Shown here: positions 29,012-40,283 of the stretch, one piece after another | Numbering within the stretch: the first letter of the stretch is position 1 | Layout: each line of letters opens with the position of its first letter | Origin: an uncultured Acidobacteriota bacterium | GTDB taxonomy: Bacteria; Acidobacteriota; Terriglobia; UBA7540 | Direction: 5' to 3' | NCBI GenBank assembly: GCA_963804995.1 | Contig: CAWDSK010000001.1 | Coordinates: forward strand, 512,001-576,000 | Length of the DNA: 64,000 bases | The notes under the pieces: model-generated | What the model saw: only the letters and a program-made list of their open reading frames with translations | What the model was told of the DNA's origin: nothing | The model's database searches: none | Program-made: the position numbers and the translations under genes

Positions 29012-29232
29012 GTTGGTTCGATTTTTACGGAAATTCGTGTGCTGTGCTGGGGTTCTGAGAAGGATCAATTTCACAGGGCGGGTGTTCGGTCTCGAAACTT
29101 ACCCTTCTTGAAACAATAAACAGGAATTAGGGTACCCCAGCGGCAATCGTGCATAGTCAATTTGGATGGGGCACGCCGCCACGGTCGCCCTGTCCAGAGC
29201 AAAATTGTTGTAACTAGACCACCGCCGGAAGA

Positions 29233-29265
29233 GCCCACGGTCAGGACTGCATTGACCGTGGCTAC
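29233..29265. repeat. REP-like hairpin ending CTAC
   Basis: CCACGGTCA-GGACTGCAT-TGACCGTGG-CTAC. Confidence 0.6.
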
Positions 29266-29438
29266 GCCGCTCTGCCGCTCTCCGCTATCCCTCCGGCCCT
29301 TTCCCCAACACCCCGTCTTGGCGAAGCATTTTGCGAGGCTGCCCTGCGAGCACTTCTGTTGTCCAGCTTGTAGCACCGTGATAGTGTTCGAGACGCTTTG
29401 CACCCTGCTGCCAGCTTGGGATCGGAAAAGGGCAAGAA

Positions 29439-32285
29439 ATGCGACGCAGAAACTTCCTGCAACGATTCGCCGCGCTAGGCGGATGGAGGGGACTTGCGAA
29501 GGGCTTCGTGAAGGCGCAGGGCGTCATCGGACCCTCACAGGCGCCGAAGTCAACGTATCCTGAAGCCGCGTTGCGACCCGTGGGCTTGCTGTGCGAATAC
29601 GCAGTTAATCCCCTGGGAATCGATGTCTTAAAACCGCGCCTAAGCTGGCGACTGGAATCGAGTCAACGCGCGCAAATGCAGGCGGCATATCAAATCCTGG
29701 TGGCAAGAAAGAACCTTGCGGTCAACGCCGGCGACTTGTGGGATTCAGGCAAGATTGCCTCCAACCACTCGATTCAAATTGACTACCAGGGGAAGCCGCT
29801 TGAATCCTTCATGCGCGGTTATTGGAAAGTGCGAGTCTGGGACAAGAGCGGTAACGCTTCGCTTTACAGCGACCCGGCAACCTGGGAAATGGGAATTTTG
29901 AATGAGCGCGCCTGGCAGGCGAAATGGATCTCGGCCAACTATCTTATGGCCGGACCTGCCGCGAACCCGCCCGCTGGGAGTATCGCGCCGCTCTTTCGCC
30001 GGGACTTCCGCGTGCGCGAACTTCCCGAAAGGGCGCGGGCCTACATCTGCGGTCTGGGTTACTACGAACTTTACTTGAATGGCTCCAAAGTGGGAGACCA
30101 GGTTCTCGATCCCGCTCAGACCGACTACGAAAAGCGCGCCTTCTATGTGACCTACGACATAACCGATTCCTTGAAAGTGGGAGAGAATGCGGCGGGCGTG
30201 ATGCTCGGCAGCGGTTGGTTCAACCAGAATCAGGTTTGGAAAAAGGGGAAGTACAGCGTTCCGGGGGGAACCGATTATGGCGTCCCGCGCCTTATCCTGC
30301 AACTTCGTTTTGAATATCGCGACGGAACCGTTGAGACTGTCGTGACCGACGAGAATTGGAAAGTGGCCCCGGGGCCCATCCTCGATAACAACGTTTACGC
30401 CGGAGAGACATACGACGCGCGTCTGGAAATTTCGGGTTGGTCCAAACCCGCCTTCGACGACAAGACTTGGGAACCGGCGCGCCCGGTCGCTTCACCTACC
30501 GCCCGCTTGCAAGCGCAGAGTCTGCCCCCCATCAAAGTCATGCGCATGCTCCGGCCGGTTCGACTGTCCCAACCCCGTCCCGGAGTTTTCGTCTACGATT
30601 TGGGCCAGAACTTCGCGGGTTGGGGAAAACTTCAAGCCACTGCGCCGCGCGGCACAAAGATCGTCCTGCGCTACGCCGAGTCCGTTGCAGAAGATGGCAT
30701 GATCGACCCCGCCAGCACCGGGGTCTTTGCGACCCACGTCGTCCAAACCGATACCTACATTGCCAGGGGCGAGGGAGAGGAAATGTGGGAGCCGCGCTTC
30801 ACCTACCACGGCTTTCGCTACGTCGAGATGACGGGTTTTCCCGGCGCGCCTTCGCTCGAAAGCCTTGAAGGTGTGGTGGTTCACACGGCCGTTCGCAAGG
30901 TGGGTGAGTTCGAATGCTCCGATGCCTTGCTCAACCGGATCCACCAAACCGCGCTGTGGACTGAAGTCAGCAACCTGCACGGCGTCCCCACCGACTGTCC
31001 GGCGCGCGAGAAGTGTGGCTGGCTGGGCGACGCCCAAGTCTGTGGGGAAATGACGATTTTCAACTTTGATATGGCACAGTTCTGGGCCAAGTACTCAGAG
31101 GACATCCACACTTCTGAGGTGCAGGGCTTGCCGGCCATGGTGGCGCCCGGGAAGCGTGAGCGTGAGCTGGCGGCGCCTGACTGGGGGACCGCGGTCGTGC
31201 AGCTTCCCTGGTATGTCTATTTATATTACGGTGACAAGCGTATCCTTACGGAGCATTATGACGACATGAAACGGTGGCTCGACCACTTGCAAGGCTTGGC
31301 GCGCGATTACATCGTCTCCGCAGGCCTCGGAGATTGGTGCCCGCCGGGAAGTGTGAAACCGACAGAGACGCCGGTACCGCTAACCTCCACGGCTTATTTC
31401 TACCTCAACGCGCGAATCATGAGTGCCGTCGCGAAGATTCTGGGCAGAAATGAGGAGGCGGCAATTTACGAAGCGCTGGCGGGCAGGATACGTCAGGCCT
31501 TTACGCGGACCTTCTTCAATACGGCCGGCACGACCTATGGCAGCCAGACCGCGGATAGTCTTGCCCTGAGGTTGGGGTTGGCGCCCGCTGCTCGCGACGT
31601 TCAGGTTGCCGCCGCGCTCGCGCGCAACGTCACGGAGAAACATCACGGCCACTTCTCCACGGGCATCACCGGGAGCCGGTGTCTCTACTGGGCGCTGGCA
31701 GAATACGGCCACGGCAACGTCGCGCTGGAAATCTTGCGCCAGAAAACTTACCCCAGCATTGACAACCTCTTTTCGCTCGGGGCAACAACCTTTTGGGAGA
31801 CCTGGGGTGAGCCGGAACTGGACAAGCAATACGGCCCGCGGTCGCGTAATCACCCTATGCAGGGCGGATTCGACGCCTGGTTCTACCAGGGGCTGGCGGG
31901 GATTTGTCCCGATCCTGAGCAGCCCGGGTTCAAGCACACGATCCTCCGACCGCAAGTTCTGGCCGGCCTCACCCACGTGCGCGCGGAGTACGATTCCATT
32001 CAGGGCAAAATCGCAAGTGAATGGCGGCTTGAAAATGAGCGCTTCAATTGGCGAATCACCGTGCCCGCCAACACACGGGCCACGGTTTATATGCCCTGTG
32101 ATGAAGCGAGCGCTATCACGGAAGGTGGTCATCCGGTGCACGAACTTCGCGAGCTTACCCTGCGCAGCGAAAGACCCGGCTGGGCAATCCTCAAGATCGG
32201 CTCTGGGGAATACGAGTTCGCTTCCCACCTGAACAAAAGCTGCCAGCCGGTGGTGCCCCGCGATTCTGCTCAACCCTGGTGGTAA
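29439..32285 (+). CDS. Tat-exported GH78 alpha-L-rhamnosidase
   Basis: RRNFL; PRLSW, GLGYYEL, DLGQNFAG, FTYHGFRY, PTDCPAREKCGWLGD, GATTFWETW, SRNH. Confidence 0.93.
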   Translation: MRRRNFLQRFAALGGWRGLAKGFVKAQGVIGPSQAPKSTYPEAALRPVGLLCEYAVNPLGIDVLKPRLSWRLESSQRAQMQAAYQILVARKNLAVNAGDLWDSGKIASNHSIQIDYQGKPLESFMRGYWKVRVWDKSGNASLYSDPATWEMGILNERAWQAKWISANYLMAGPAANPPAGSIAPLFRRDFRVRELPERARAYICGLGYYELYLNGSKVGDQVLDPAQTDYEKRAFYVTYDITDSLKVGENAAGVMLGSGWFNQNQVWKKGKYSVPGGTDYGVPRLILQLRFEYRDGTVETVVTDENWKVAPGPILDNNVYAGETYDARLEISGWSKPAFDDKTWEPARPVASPTARLQAQSLPPIKVMRMLRPVRLSQPRPGVFVYDLGQNFAGWGKLQATAPRGTKIVLRYAESVAEDGMIDPASTGVFATHVVQTDTYIARGEGEEMWEPRFTYHGFRYVEMTGFPGAPSLESLEGVVVHTAVRKVGEFECSDALLNRIHQTALWTEVSNLHGVPTDCPAREKCGWLGDAQVCGEMTIFNFDMAQFWAKYSEDIHTSEVQGLPAMVAPGKRERELAAPDWGTAVVQLPWYVYLYYGDKRILTEHYDDMKRWLDHLQGLARDYIVSAGLGDWCPPGSVKPTETPVPLTSTAYFYLNARIMSAVAKILGRNEEAAIYEALAGRIRQAFTRTFFNTAGTTYGSQTADSLALRLGLAPAARDVQVAAALARNVTEKHHGHFSTGITGSRCLYWALAEYGHGNVALEILRQKTYPSIDNLFSLGATTFWETWGEPELDKQYGPRSRNHPMQGGFDAWFYQGLAGICPDPEQPGFKHTILRPQVLAGLTHVRAEYDSIQGKIASEWRLENERFNWRITVPANTRATVYMPCDEASAITEGGHPVHELRELTLRSERPGWAILKIGSGEYEFASHLNKSCQPVVPRDSAQPWW

Positions 32286-32803
32286 CCCCACGCTTCCCAG
32301 TCACGGCATGGCAGGCCCGTACGTGCCTGTTAACCCCTCAGAAACCCTGTGCCATTGGCAGCATTACTGAAGTAAGAATCGGTCGATCCCAGGGTTGCGG
32401 CTCGACCGGCTTCGACACGCGTGGTTCTTAGTTTGGCGAGGGTTGAGGTGGGCGGGAAATCCACACATCCGGGCGGGCGAAGGGCGAAGAGATCGGACTT
32501 AACGTCGCCTGTTCTCCCACGCGGTTATTGCAGGCCCGCGACTTTTTGTCAATGTGGGACTTGTCCCAGAAGTTGCTCTCCGCGGGGTGTAGCGAGCGAG
32601 GTCCCACTTAATTCCCCACCTTCTTGCGTTATTTTCCTATGACTTTTCACATGCGGATTCGCCGCTCTGAATAATCATCAAACTCCCGTTAACGGGAACA
32701 CCCTCTGATGACTTCCCCATCACGATCTCGAAGCTACAGGGCAACAGCACGCAGTGCATGTCATGGTCGAGCCATTGCAAATCCACCGGTCTCGCGATAA
32801 AGG

Positions 32804-34639
32804 TCAGGGCTTGAGCCTCGCGATATTTGAGTAAGCAGACCGGCCACTCTTATTCAAAGCATAAACACGGTAGCTGACCTGTCCCGTGGCCGGCGGCTGG
32901 AGGTCAGCATATTCCGATTTGTCGGCCGGCAAATCGGCCAGCTTCATCCACGCTTCCCCATTGCGGTTTCGCCGCTCCAGGACGACGCCGGTGATGTCAC
33001 CCCCGTGCGGCTTCCAAGTCAGACGCACCGAGCCGCTGGCTGCATGGACATCGAGTGAGCTCGGGGTTTCCGGCAGGATGGGCCAATCAAAATAAGTTGC
33101 GTCCGCTATCGCTTGAATAGTGTCTCGAATCGGCAGCTTTTCAAGCGTGTCGGTCGTGCCTTCTTTCCATTTAAGCGGTGTAATCTTTCCTGAAACCACA
33201 TCAATCAAGATGGGATTTTTGATGCCGGTATTCTCGATCGTAACGGTGGCGAAGTAGGGAGCAAACACGTTGTGAGGCCAACTGTGCGCCGACAACCAAT
33301 ATCCCACCACACCCTTGCCGCTGCGCGAGCGGAATCCGTACGCCAGCACGGGCGCGCCGGCGTCCACCTGAATGGCAGTAAAATCGGGACTGGTCATCTG
33401 GATGGTCGCGTCGCGCTGGGTGTCGGAGAAAACCGCGTCCAGATTCTGCATCGCAAAATAAACCGGGCGCGGAGTAAAGTCCGCGGGCTTGTACATCATT
33501 CCATGAATAATCCCAAATGCATCGCCTTCACTGCTGCTCGTGTCGTTGATCAATTCCCAGATGTAGGTCGATACACCCTCCGCCCAATTGTAGAGCATGC
33601 CGCGGGTGACGTATTTCGCCTGCACGGATTCGTCATTACCGCGGGGAAGATCGGGAAGGGCATTGAACTCGTCATCCCAAAACTCGATGTCGGTACGGAT
33701 GCCGGGATAGCTGCGTATCGCTTGCCGCAGGGCACGGGTCGTCAGCGGGCCAAAGGCGCCGTAATCCATGGACTCAGGTGGGGCATTGTTCGCGTAGCCA
33801 CCGGGATAAGTGTGGTAAGCGAAAACATCGAGACCGGCAGCACACTGGCAAGCGTCCAAAGCGGTGCGCGCGAAGTCAACGGAAAGTGAGGCTTGGCCGC
33901 CGTAAATCACCTTGGCGTCCGGGTCAGTCTCCCGCACAGCTTTTACAAAGGCGCCCAGCAACCTTCCATATTCTTCCGCGTTGGAGTCGGGGTTCCAGTA
34001 CGAACCGTCTTGCTCGTTCCACAAGGCGTAATAGCGAATGCGGCCTCGGAAGTGATTCACCATCCACTTGGTGTAGCGTACAAACGCGGCGATCTGTTCC
34101 GGCGTTCTAGGCGGCCAGAACACGGAGTACAAATTCATGTCGCGATTGTGGACGCTGGCCGGGGTGGGAGTAATCGTATCCGGCAGGCGGCCCGCCGGGG
34201 AGGTGTACATGGGGTTGCCATACAGGAGTTGGAGCTGAACCTTGACGCCATTATCGACGAGGGAATCCACGTAGTCATCCAGTTCAGGCAGGGCGCTGAA
34301 TTCCCCGCGCTTCTGTTCGATCCAATCCCAGCCACTAATATCCGAGGTGTCCTCGTACTGGCCGATGCGCGCCCACTTCATGCCCGCGTCGAACATGCGC
34401 GTCCACCACCAGCGGTTCCAGGGAATATAGGGATCGCGCGGCAGGCTGGTGTTAACGCCTCCCATCCCGATCTCAATCTGTGCCGAGCGCTTGGGAGGAA
34501 TGCGCTCCGGCACGCTGCGGTTCTGCCCCGCCGCGTTTATGGTCAGGGCCGGAGTTCCAATCAGAATGAATGCGGCTGCAACCAGCAGCAACCAGGGACC
34601 TCGGACCGACAAGTATCGATGTTTTGAAATGGCGCCCAT
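32804..34639 (-). CDS. Secreted clan GH-A (GH39-like) hydrolase with C-terminal FN3
   Basis: WDWIEQKRG, LLYGNP, LWNEQD, AYHTY, DEF; C-terminal LTW...YRVYALN. Confidence 0.7.
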   Translation of the reverse strand: MGAISKHRYLSVRGPWLLLVAAAFILIGTPALTINAAGQNRSVPERIPPKRSAQIEIGMGGVNTSLPRDPYIPWNRWWWTRMFDAGMKWARIGQYEDTSDISGWDWIEQKRGEFSALPELDDYVDSLVDNGVKVQLQLLYGNPMYTSPAGRLPDTITPTPASVHNRDMNLYSVFWPPRTPEQIAAFVRYTKWMVNHFRGRIRYYALWNEQDGSYWNPDSNAEEYGRLLGAFVKAVRETDPDAKVIYGGQASLSVDFARTALDACQCAAGLDVFAYHTYPGGYANNAPPESMDYGAFGPLTTRALRQAIRSYPGIRTDIEFWDDEFNALPDLPRGNDESVQAKYVTRGMLYNWAEGVSTYIWELINDTSSSEGDAFGIIHGMMYKPADFTPRPVYFAMQNLDAVFSDTQRDATIQMTSPDFTAIQVDAGAPVLAYGFRSRSGKGVVGYWLSAHSWPHNVFAPYFATVTIENTGIKNPILIDVVSGKITPLKWKEGTTDTLEKLPIRDTIQAIADATYFDWPILPETPSSLDVHAASGSVRLTWKPHGGDITGVVLERRNRNGEAWMKLADLPADKSEYADLQPPATGQVSYRVYALNKSGRSAYSNIARLKP

Positions 34640-34758
34640 GCTTCTTCCTCCGTGATGGATCATGATGGCCGGGTCATACTTCCTTTACTCGTAGAGAGGG
34701 GGCCTTTGAAATAAAGGGGTGCGTTCCCACTCGCAACAGATGGCCCCGTTTCCTTCGA

Positions 34759-35878
34759 CTAATGTTTCTCGCCCAGGACCCACGCACGCGAGAACCGCGC
34801 CCAGTGAATCTCCTCTCGAACACCCTCCTCAAGTTCCAATTGCCAGACGGCTACAAACGTTCCGTCCTGGGTCTGGGTGATACTCGGGTAAGAAACATCC
34901 AGCCGGTTGGTCGTCGCGATGTCCCGAGGCGGGCTCCAGCGCCTGCCCCCATCGGCTGAAATCGCCACGCTGAGCGGCCAGCGATTAATCGGAGAATTGT
35001 TGAAGGCGACGATGATTTCCTCCGGCTTCTGCTCCAGCTTCCAGAGCGACACCGGGTTGTTGTGGCCCAGCACGGTTGAAGGGCGAGGAGGATCCCAACT
35101 CAGGCCCCCGTCGTGGCTGCGGCTTTCGTAGTGGAATGAAGTTCCGGTCCGCATGATCATTAGCAGGTCACCGTTGGCCAATTGCACCAGTGCCGGCTCG
35201 GCGAGTCCATTAATCGAAAACGAAGTCACCTTCTCAAGCCAGACGTGCAACTGGCCGTGAGGGGTCCAATGAACACCGTCCTTCGAAAGGAGTACTCCGG
35301 AGGCGACGTTCATTTCGCCTTCAGTGCGGGCAGGATCGTCATTCTGCGCCCAGAGGTCCCAGGAGAATCCCATGGCCAGAGTGCCGTCTCTCAACTTAAT
35401 GCCGTTTTGGCATTTGCCCACAAAGTATTTGTAGGGCTGCGAGATCAGAACCGGCTTGGTCCAAGTGGCCCCTTCGTCGTCACTCTGAATCATGAAAACC
35501 TGGCTTCCCGTGATGTGCTTCATGTGCAGCGGGACGGTGGTGGAGTAGACGAACACGCGCTTTGCGTCCACAACCATGTTGGGATCGGAGTCATCCATGC
35601 CGGGGGTTTTGATGAGGTCCTGAGGTCGAGACCACGTGCGGCCTCCGTCGCTTGAAGATTGCGCCTACAATGCGGCCCCGCCACTCACTTCTAGCATAAG
35701 CCGACCAGACAGCAAGCAGCTTTCCGCTCGCCAGTCGCGCTACGGCCGGAATCGTGTTCAGTTGAAATGCCCCGCCGTCAGTGCGCTGAATGACACCCGT
35801 CTCGAAACCTGCGGAAACTGCGGCGGCAGGCATCATTATTGCCGCGATAATCAGCAGGGCACAGCAAATGGCTTTCAT
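34759..35878 (-). CDS. BNR-repeat exo-alpha-sialidase-like protein, frameshift near 35660
   Basis: Signal peptide in the 35591-35974 frame. Asp-boxes SDGGRTW, SDDEGATW, SHDGGLSW, SADGGRRW; SYP. Confidence 0.8.
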
Positions 35879-35920
35879 CGTGTACTTTCCAACCAGGGCG
35901 TTGAGGAACCGTGAGCAACT

Positions 35921-36060
35921 GTAGCGCCGACCGCCGTTCTGGGGGTCGCGATTCTTCCGTCGCCAAAACTGCAAATCTCAAAGGTGGACGCCCACCTATG
36001 GGCTGGGGTGCGCAAATCCAGGGAAGGGCCGTAGACCTCAAAGGCGGGGGTCTGCGCTAC
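35921..36060. repeat. GTAG...CTAC REP doublet
   Basis: GTAGCGCCGACC... and ...AGACCTCAAAGGCGGGGGTCTGCGCTAC; similar to 63195-63340. Confidence 0.8.
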
Positions 36061-36089
36061 AATCTCACCTAGCTCCTGGCTTTCCCATC

Positions 36090-37910
36090 CTACCTTCTCC
36101 CGTACACCGGCCCATAGGTTGCGCAGGCGCGGAAGTCGGCCCCTTCCGGATCATGGGTCCCGAAGTGGGTCCAGGCGCTGGGCCGGAAGATCCTTTCTTC
36201 GTCCACGTTATGCATGCAAACGGGAATGCGCAGCATGGACGCAAGGGTAATCAGCTTATCGCCAACGTGCCCGTAGCAGATGGCCCCATGGTTCGCGCCC
36301 CAATTGTTCATCACTGAGTACACATCGCGGAAGGGGCCCTTGCCGGTGAGAAGGGGAGCAAACCAAGTGGTCGGCCAAGTGGGGTTGGTCCGCTGATCGA
36401 GGACTTTGTTGATGTCCTGCGGCAGGGCTACGGTGTGGCCTTCCACGAGTTGCAGCACCGGCCCCAGGCCCATCATCCAGTTGAGCCGAGCCATGGTCAC
36501 GGGCATTTCACAGCAGGTCAGGAACTGCGATGAGTAGCCGCCGCCGCGGAAGTACTCGAGCATCGCCGGCGCCCACTCGGTCGCCTCCAGACAGCGCCCG
36601 ACATCCTCGGGAGTGATTTCCCAAAAAGGTTTCATGGCGGGCTCGCCGTCACAGGTCATCTGCCCTGTGGCATCGAGCGTGGCGGCGCCGGAGTTAATCA
36701 AATGCAGAATGCCTCCGCTAGCCCTTCCCGTCAGGCCCCGGCCGGTGACGCGCGCCACCGCCGCCGGGCTCCAGTAAGTCCGCACGTCCGCAAAAATCTG
36801 TGCCGTGTCGGTGAGCAGGTGCCCAAAGAGCATGGTGGCCCCATTGAGCGAATCGTTTTCGGTAGCGAAGACAAAGGGCTCGCGGATGCCGTTCCAATCG
36901 AAAGAGGAATTCAGCATGGCCTCCATGAAATCCCCGTTGGGGAAGTGGTCGGTCCATTGCCGCTGCCCCTGGAAGCCTGCCACGATGGCGTTGCGGCCCA
37001 AGGCTTCCTCACCGTAACCCAGTTCTGCGAGGCGACGGTTGCCGACCATCAGGTCACGCGCGATCATCGCCATCTTGACGGAGGTTTGCCAATCGGCGTC
37101 CTTTTTATCGCGCGACTTCTGAAGCGCCGGGGGATTCAAGTCGGCGCCCTCCGGGCAATTGTCCTTCACCCACGTGAGGGCGCGCTCGAACTCTTTGGGA
37201 TCATAGATCCCCTCGTCAATGCGCCGCACAAACTCTGACATGTCCACATACTCGTTGCGCATGCCCAAGTAATTCTGAAACAAATCGGAGTTAACCATGG
37301 AGCCTGCAATGCCCATGGAAACGGAGCCCAAAGAGAGATACGACTTGCCCCGCATCTCCGCCGCCGCCAGGCCCGCCTTGGCGAATTGCAGCAACTTCTC
37401 CTGCACATCCGGGGGAATCGAGGTGTCCGTGGAATCCTGCACGTCGTGCCCGTAAATACCGAAGGCGGGCAACCCCTTCTGGTTGTGCCCGGCCAGCACG
37501 GCAGCCAGATAGACCGCACCTGGCCGCTCCGTGCCGTTGAAACCCCACACCGCCTTGGGAATGAGCGGGTCCATGTCCATCGTCTCTGAGCCGTAACACC
37601 AACACGGGGAAACCGTCAGCGACACGCCCACGCCCGTGCGCGCAAACTTGTCGGCGCAGTCGGCGGCCTCCGCCACGCCTCCGATGCACGTGTCCGCGAC
37701 CACGCACTCCACCGGCAGACCGTTCGGATGACGCAGGTTCTTTTCCAGGAATGCAGCCGCGCCCTTCGCCATGCCCATTACTTGCCCTTCCAGCGACTCG
37801 CGAACGCCCTTCCGCCGCCCGTCAATCGCGGGCCGAATTCCAATCTTCGGAAGCGCCCCGCGTAAACGCTTCTGCGGCTCGCCCGCTTTCATGTCCTTAA
37901 TCTTCGCCAT
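36090..37910 (-). CDS. fucI: L-fucose isomerase
   Basis: [45 protein letters not shown]. Confidence 0.97.
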   Translation of the reverse strand: MAKIKDMKAGEPQKRLRGALPKIGIRPAIDGRRKGVRESLEGQVMGMAKGAAAFLEKNLRHPNGLPVECVVADTCIGGVAEAADCADKFARTGVGVSLTVSPCWCYGSETMDMDPLIPKAVWGFNGTERPGAVYLAAVLAGHNQKGLPAFGIYGHDVQDSTDTSIPPDVQEKLLQFAKAGLAAAEMRGKSYLSLGSVSMGIAGSMVNSDLFQNYLGMRNEYVDMSEFVRRIDEGIYDPKEFERALTWVKDNCPEGADLNPPALQKSRDKKDADWQTSVKMAMIARDLMVGNRRLAELGYGEEALGRNAIVAGFQGQRQWTDHFPNGDFMEAMLNSSFDWNGIREPFVFATENDSLNGATMLFGHLLTDTAQIFADVRTYWSPAAVARVTGRGLTGRASGGILHLINSGAATLDATGQMTCDGEPAMKPFWEITPEDVGRCLEATEWAPAMLEYFRGGGYSSQFLTCCEMPVTMARLNWMMGLGPVLQLVEGHTVALPQDINKVLDQRTNPTWPTTWFAPLLTGKGPFRDVYSVMNNWGANHGAICYGHVGDKLITLASMLRIPVCMHNVDEERIFRPSAWTHFGTHDPEGADFRACATYGPVYGRR

Positions 37911-37955
37911 GTCTGTATGCCTCCTCAGCGCGCCCCATTGTACTCCAACGTTCTC

Positions 37956-38654
37956 CTATTCCTTTCCCAATCTGGAAAACGACCGGTCGATGGTGAACGA
38001 CAAAGTGGCGCGTGCGATCTCAACGTAATTCGCCAGCGCCTCGCGATAGAACGTCAGGCTGCGCTTGCGCACCACATCTTCCGGCGCTTGGGGCTCGACC
38101 ATGTGGTGAGTCTCGTGCAGCAGGATGCTGAGCAAGCGGAAACGTAATTGTTGGTCGTGGAATTCCTTCCGGCGGCTTCCGGCGATGAACTGCGTATCGA
38201 GCGCCGTGTCCATCAGGGGTTGCGCCAGCCAGCTCTCTACGCGGTCGAAGGCAATGTCCATCTCGCCCACGGCGGCATTACCAAACGCTTCGTGCGGCTC
38301 AGCGAAGGGCGCTTCCTTCACCACGACGTGGCGATGCCCCAGGCACCCGCACACATTCCTGCGGCGCAACTGAACAACGATCAGGCCGGGGGCCTGCGCC
38401 AGAATCTCTTCGTAGGACTCGCGGCAGCGCAACGGTGTCTCCGCCCAATCCTGCTCGACGGCGCGGGCCACCTGCTCCGCCTTCGCAGGGTCGCGATAGC
38501 GATGCGCAATCACCACTACGGGCAGCGCGCGGTCCGGGAAGGCCGCCAGTCGATAGCGGCGGCCCGCCAGCCACTCAATCCAGCGGGCAGCGCGCGGGCG
38601 CGAGGCGAGATAGCTCTCAACGGCCTGTCCGAAGGGGGGATACTCTTGAACCAT
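37956..38654 (-). CDS. Hypothetical protein with HExxH motif
   Basis: ILLHETHH; CGCLGH. Confidence 0.6.
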   Translation of the reverse strand: MVQEYPPFGQAVESYLASRPRAARWIEWLAGRRYRLAAFPDRALPVVVIAHRYRDPAKAEQVARAVEQDWAETPLRCRESYEEILAQAPGLIVVQLRRRNVCGCLGHRHVVVKEAPFAEPHEAFGNAAVGEMDIAFDRVESWLAQPLMDTALDTQFIAGSRRKEFHDQQLRFRLLSILLHETHHMVEPQAPEDVVRKRSLTFYREALANYVEIARATLSFTIDRSFSRLGKE

Positions 38655-38750
38655 CGGATCACATTTTAACCAGGGTTATCCCGTGGAGCAGAGCCTGAAG
38701 GTGAAATCTTCCGGTCTCGCAATCTTCTATTAATTCTTCAACCGCATTCC

Positions 38751-40031
38751 TCACCCCAGTGCCAAGGGTTTCTCCTGCGGAGCCAGGATATCTCCAGGCA
38801 ATGCCATCAGGCGCGCCAGGGTGGGGGCAATTTGCTTCAGCGAGATGCGCCCCAGATTTTTCCCGGGAGCGATCTCCCGACCCACCGCAGTGAACATTGC
38901 CTCCATGCCCGCGTGGGAGGGAAGGTAACCGTGGGTGCCGTGATCCTTTGTCGAATCGCTCGCCACCGGTCCTTCCAGCCGGTCGGAGAAACTAAAACCC
39001 GGCGCAGCTTCGAGCATCAGTTCGGCGTCGGGGTCGGCCCCGAGGGCGTCAAGCTTTTGCCGGTCTACTACTTCCGCGACGGCGCCCGTCGCGCGCACGC
39101 GTTCCACTGCATTTTCCAACCGGCGCCGATCGTCGGCCGAAGGCTTTTCCAGCCAGTAGACCGCGAGCGACCCGCCCGCGCTCACCGCACCCAGCCGCCG
39201 CAGCGACAGCGACCCGTCCGCGCCGTGCGCAAAGAGCCCTTCCTCGGCAAAGACTGCGAGCGGCGCCACCTCCTTCTCAACCGGCACAAAGCCGTGATCG
39301 GAAAGCACGACCAGGGTTGCCGCCGCGTCGGCCGAGATGGCATCGCGAATCCGTCCAATTTCCTTGTCGGCGGACTCAAGCGCCGCAAGCGCCGGTTCCG
39401 ACTCCGGCCCATAAGCGTGCGCCTGCGAATCGTACCAAACGAAGTGCACCATCAGCAGGTCCGGCCGGTAGTGACTCCACAAGTAGAGCGCCGCCTCGCC
39501 GCGCATCTGGTCAGGATCAGCCTTGCCAAGCCTCGGCATCACGACCGCTGCTACTTCGGCAAAGAGGCCGGGCGTGGCATGGCGCGCGGGCGTTTCGAAA
39601 TCGCGGTGCGGGTCAGGCACGGCGGGGTCCCAGATTTCCGGGATGTTGTGATTGATTGCAGCGCCGGCGCTGACCGGCCAACTGATGGCCGCGCTCCGCC
39701 GGCCGCTGGCCCGGGCCACGTCCCAGAGCGCCGGGGCGCGCAGGGTGCGTGCAAACCAACACCAGGGCCGCGCCTTCTCCGTGGGGTCAAGCGAAGCGAG
39801 GTGGCTATAGATGCCATGCGCGCGGGGGGGAAGGCCGGTCACAATCGTCGCGTGGGCGGGGTAGGTCGTCGTGGGGTAGATGCTCTCCACGGCCTCTGCG
39901 CTCGCCCCGGCTGGTTCGAGCGCGTTGAGATTGGGGAAGCGGTGACGCGTCTCCGGCGCGCGATAAACCGCCGGCCGCAGGCCGTCCACGGAAAGCAGCA
40001 CCAGTAATGGGGATGAGGGGATAGATTTCAC
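38751..40031 (-). CDS. Nucleotide pyrophosphatase/phosphodiesterase (alkaline phosphatase superfamily)
   Basis: SVDGLR, PTTTYPAH, D..AH, SDHG, GTHGY. Confidence 0.9.
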   Translation of the reverse strand: MKSIPSSPLLVLLSVDGLRPAVYRAPETRHRFPNLNALEPAGASAEAVESIYPTTTYPAHATIVTGLPPRAHGIYSHLASLDPTEKARPWCWFARTLRAPALWDVARASGRRSAAISWPVSAGAAINHNIPEIWDPAVPDPHRDFETPARHATPGLFAEVAAVVMPRLGKADPDQMRGEAALYLWSHYRPDLLMVHFVWYDSQAHAYGPESEPALAALESADKEIGRIRDAISADAAATLVVLSDHGFVPVEKEVAPLAVFAEEGLFAHGADGSLSLRRLGAVSAGGSLAVYWLEKPSADDRRRLENAVERVRATGAVAEVVDRQKLDALGADPDAELMLEAAPGFSFSDRLEGPVASDSTKDHGTHGYLPSHAGMEAMFTAVGREIAPGKNLGRISLKQIAPTLARLMALPGDILAPQEKPLALG

Positions 40032-40149
40032 AGTGTCAGGCTACCATATTGCCAGAATCGTGGGCCACCCTGGAAGTCATAATCATGATTGATGCCTCGG
40101 GGCGCTATTCGGTTAACAGCCTGCGGGTATCCTCGCAGCCCACGCGACG

Positions 40150-40158
40150 TGCTATAAT
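40150..40158 (+). promoter_or_regulatory. Extended -10 promoter
   Basis: TGC-TATAAT just upstream of the riboswitch. Confidence 0.6.
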
Positions 40159-40167
40159 TGGTTTATC

Positions 40168-40248
40168 CCAGGCGATGGAGTTCGCCTTTAAGCGTCCCTT
40201 TAGTGGACTGATGACTCCTGGCCGCTGACCGGCGCCCAGGAGTTTTTT
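40168..40248 (+). ncRNA. Fluoride riboswitch with intrinsic terminator
   Basis: GGCGATGGAGTTCGCC...CTGATGACTCCT. Overlapping terminator ACTCCTGG/CCAGGAGT-TTTTT. Upstream of crcB. Confidence 0.95.
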
Positions 40249-40283
40249 GTTGGGCAGGGACGCGCGCGGAAAGCGATACACCT

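Noticed and set aside
32500..32548. Degenerate hairpin resembling a REP arm
   Set aside because: Lacks a GTAG/CTAC end; too decayed to call.
38832..40007. Long antisense ORFs (also 44428-45627, 7924-8946, 31380-32291)
   Set aside because: Opposite well-supported genes in GC-rich DNA.
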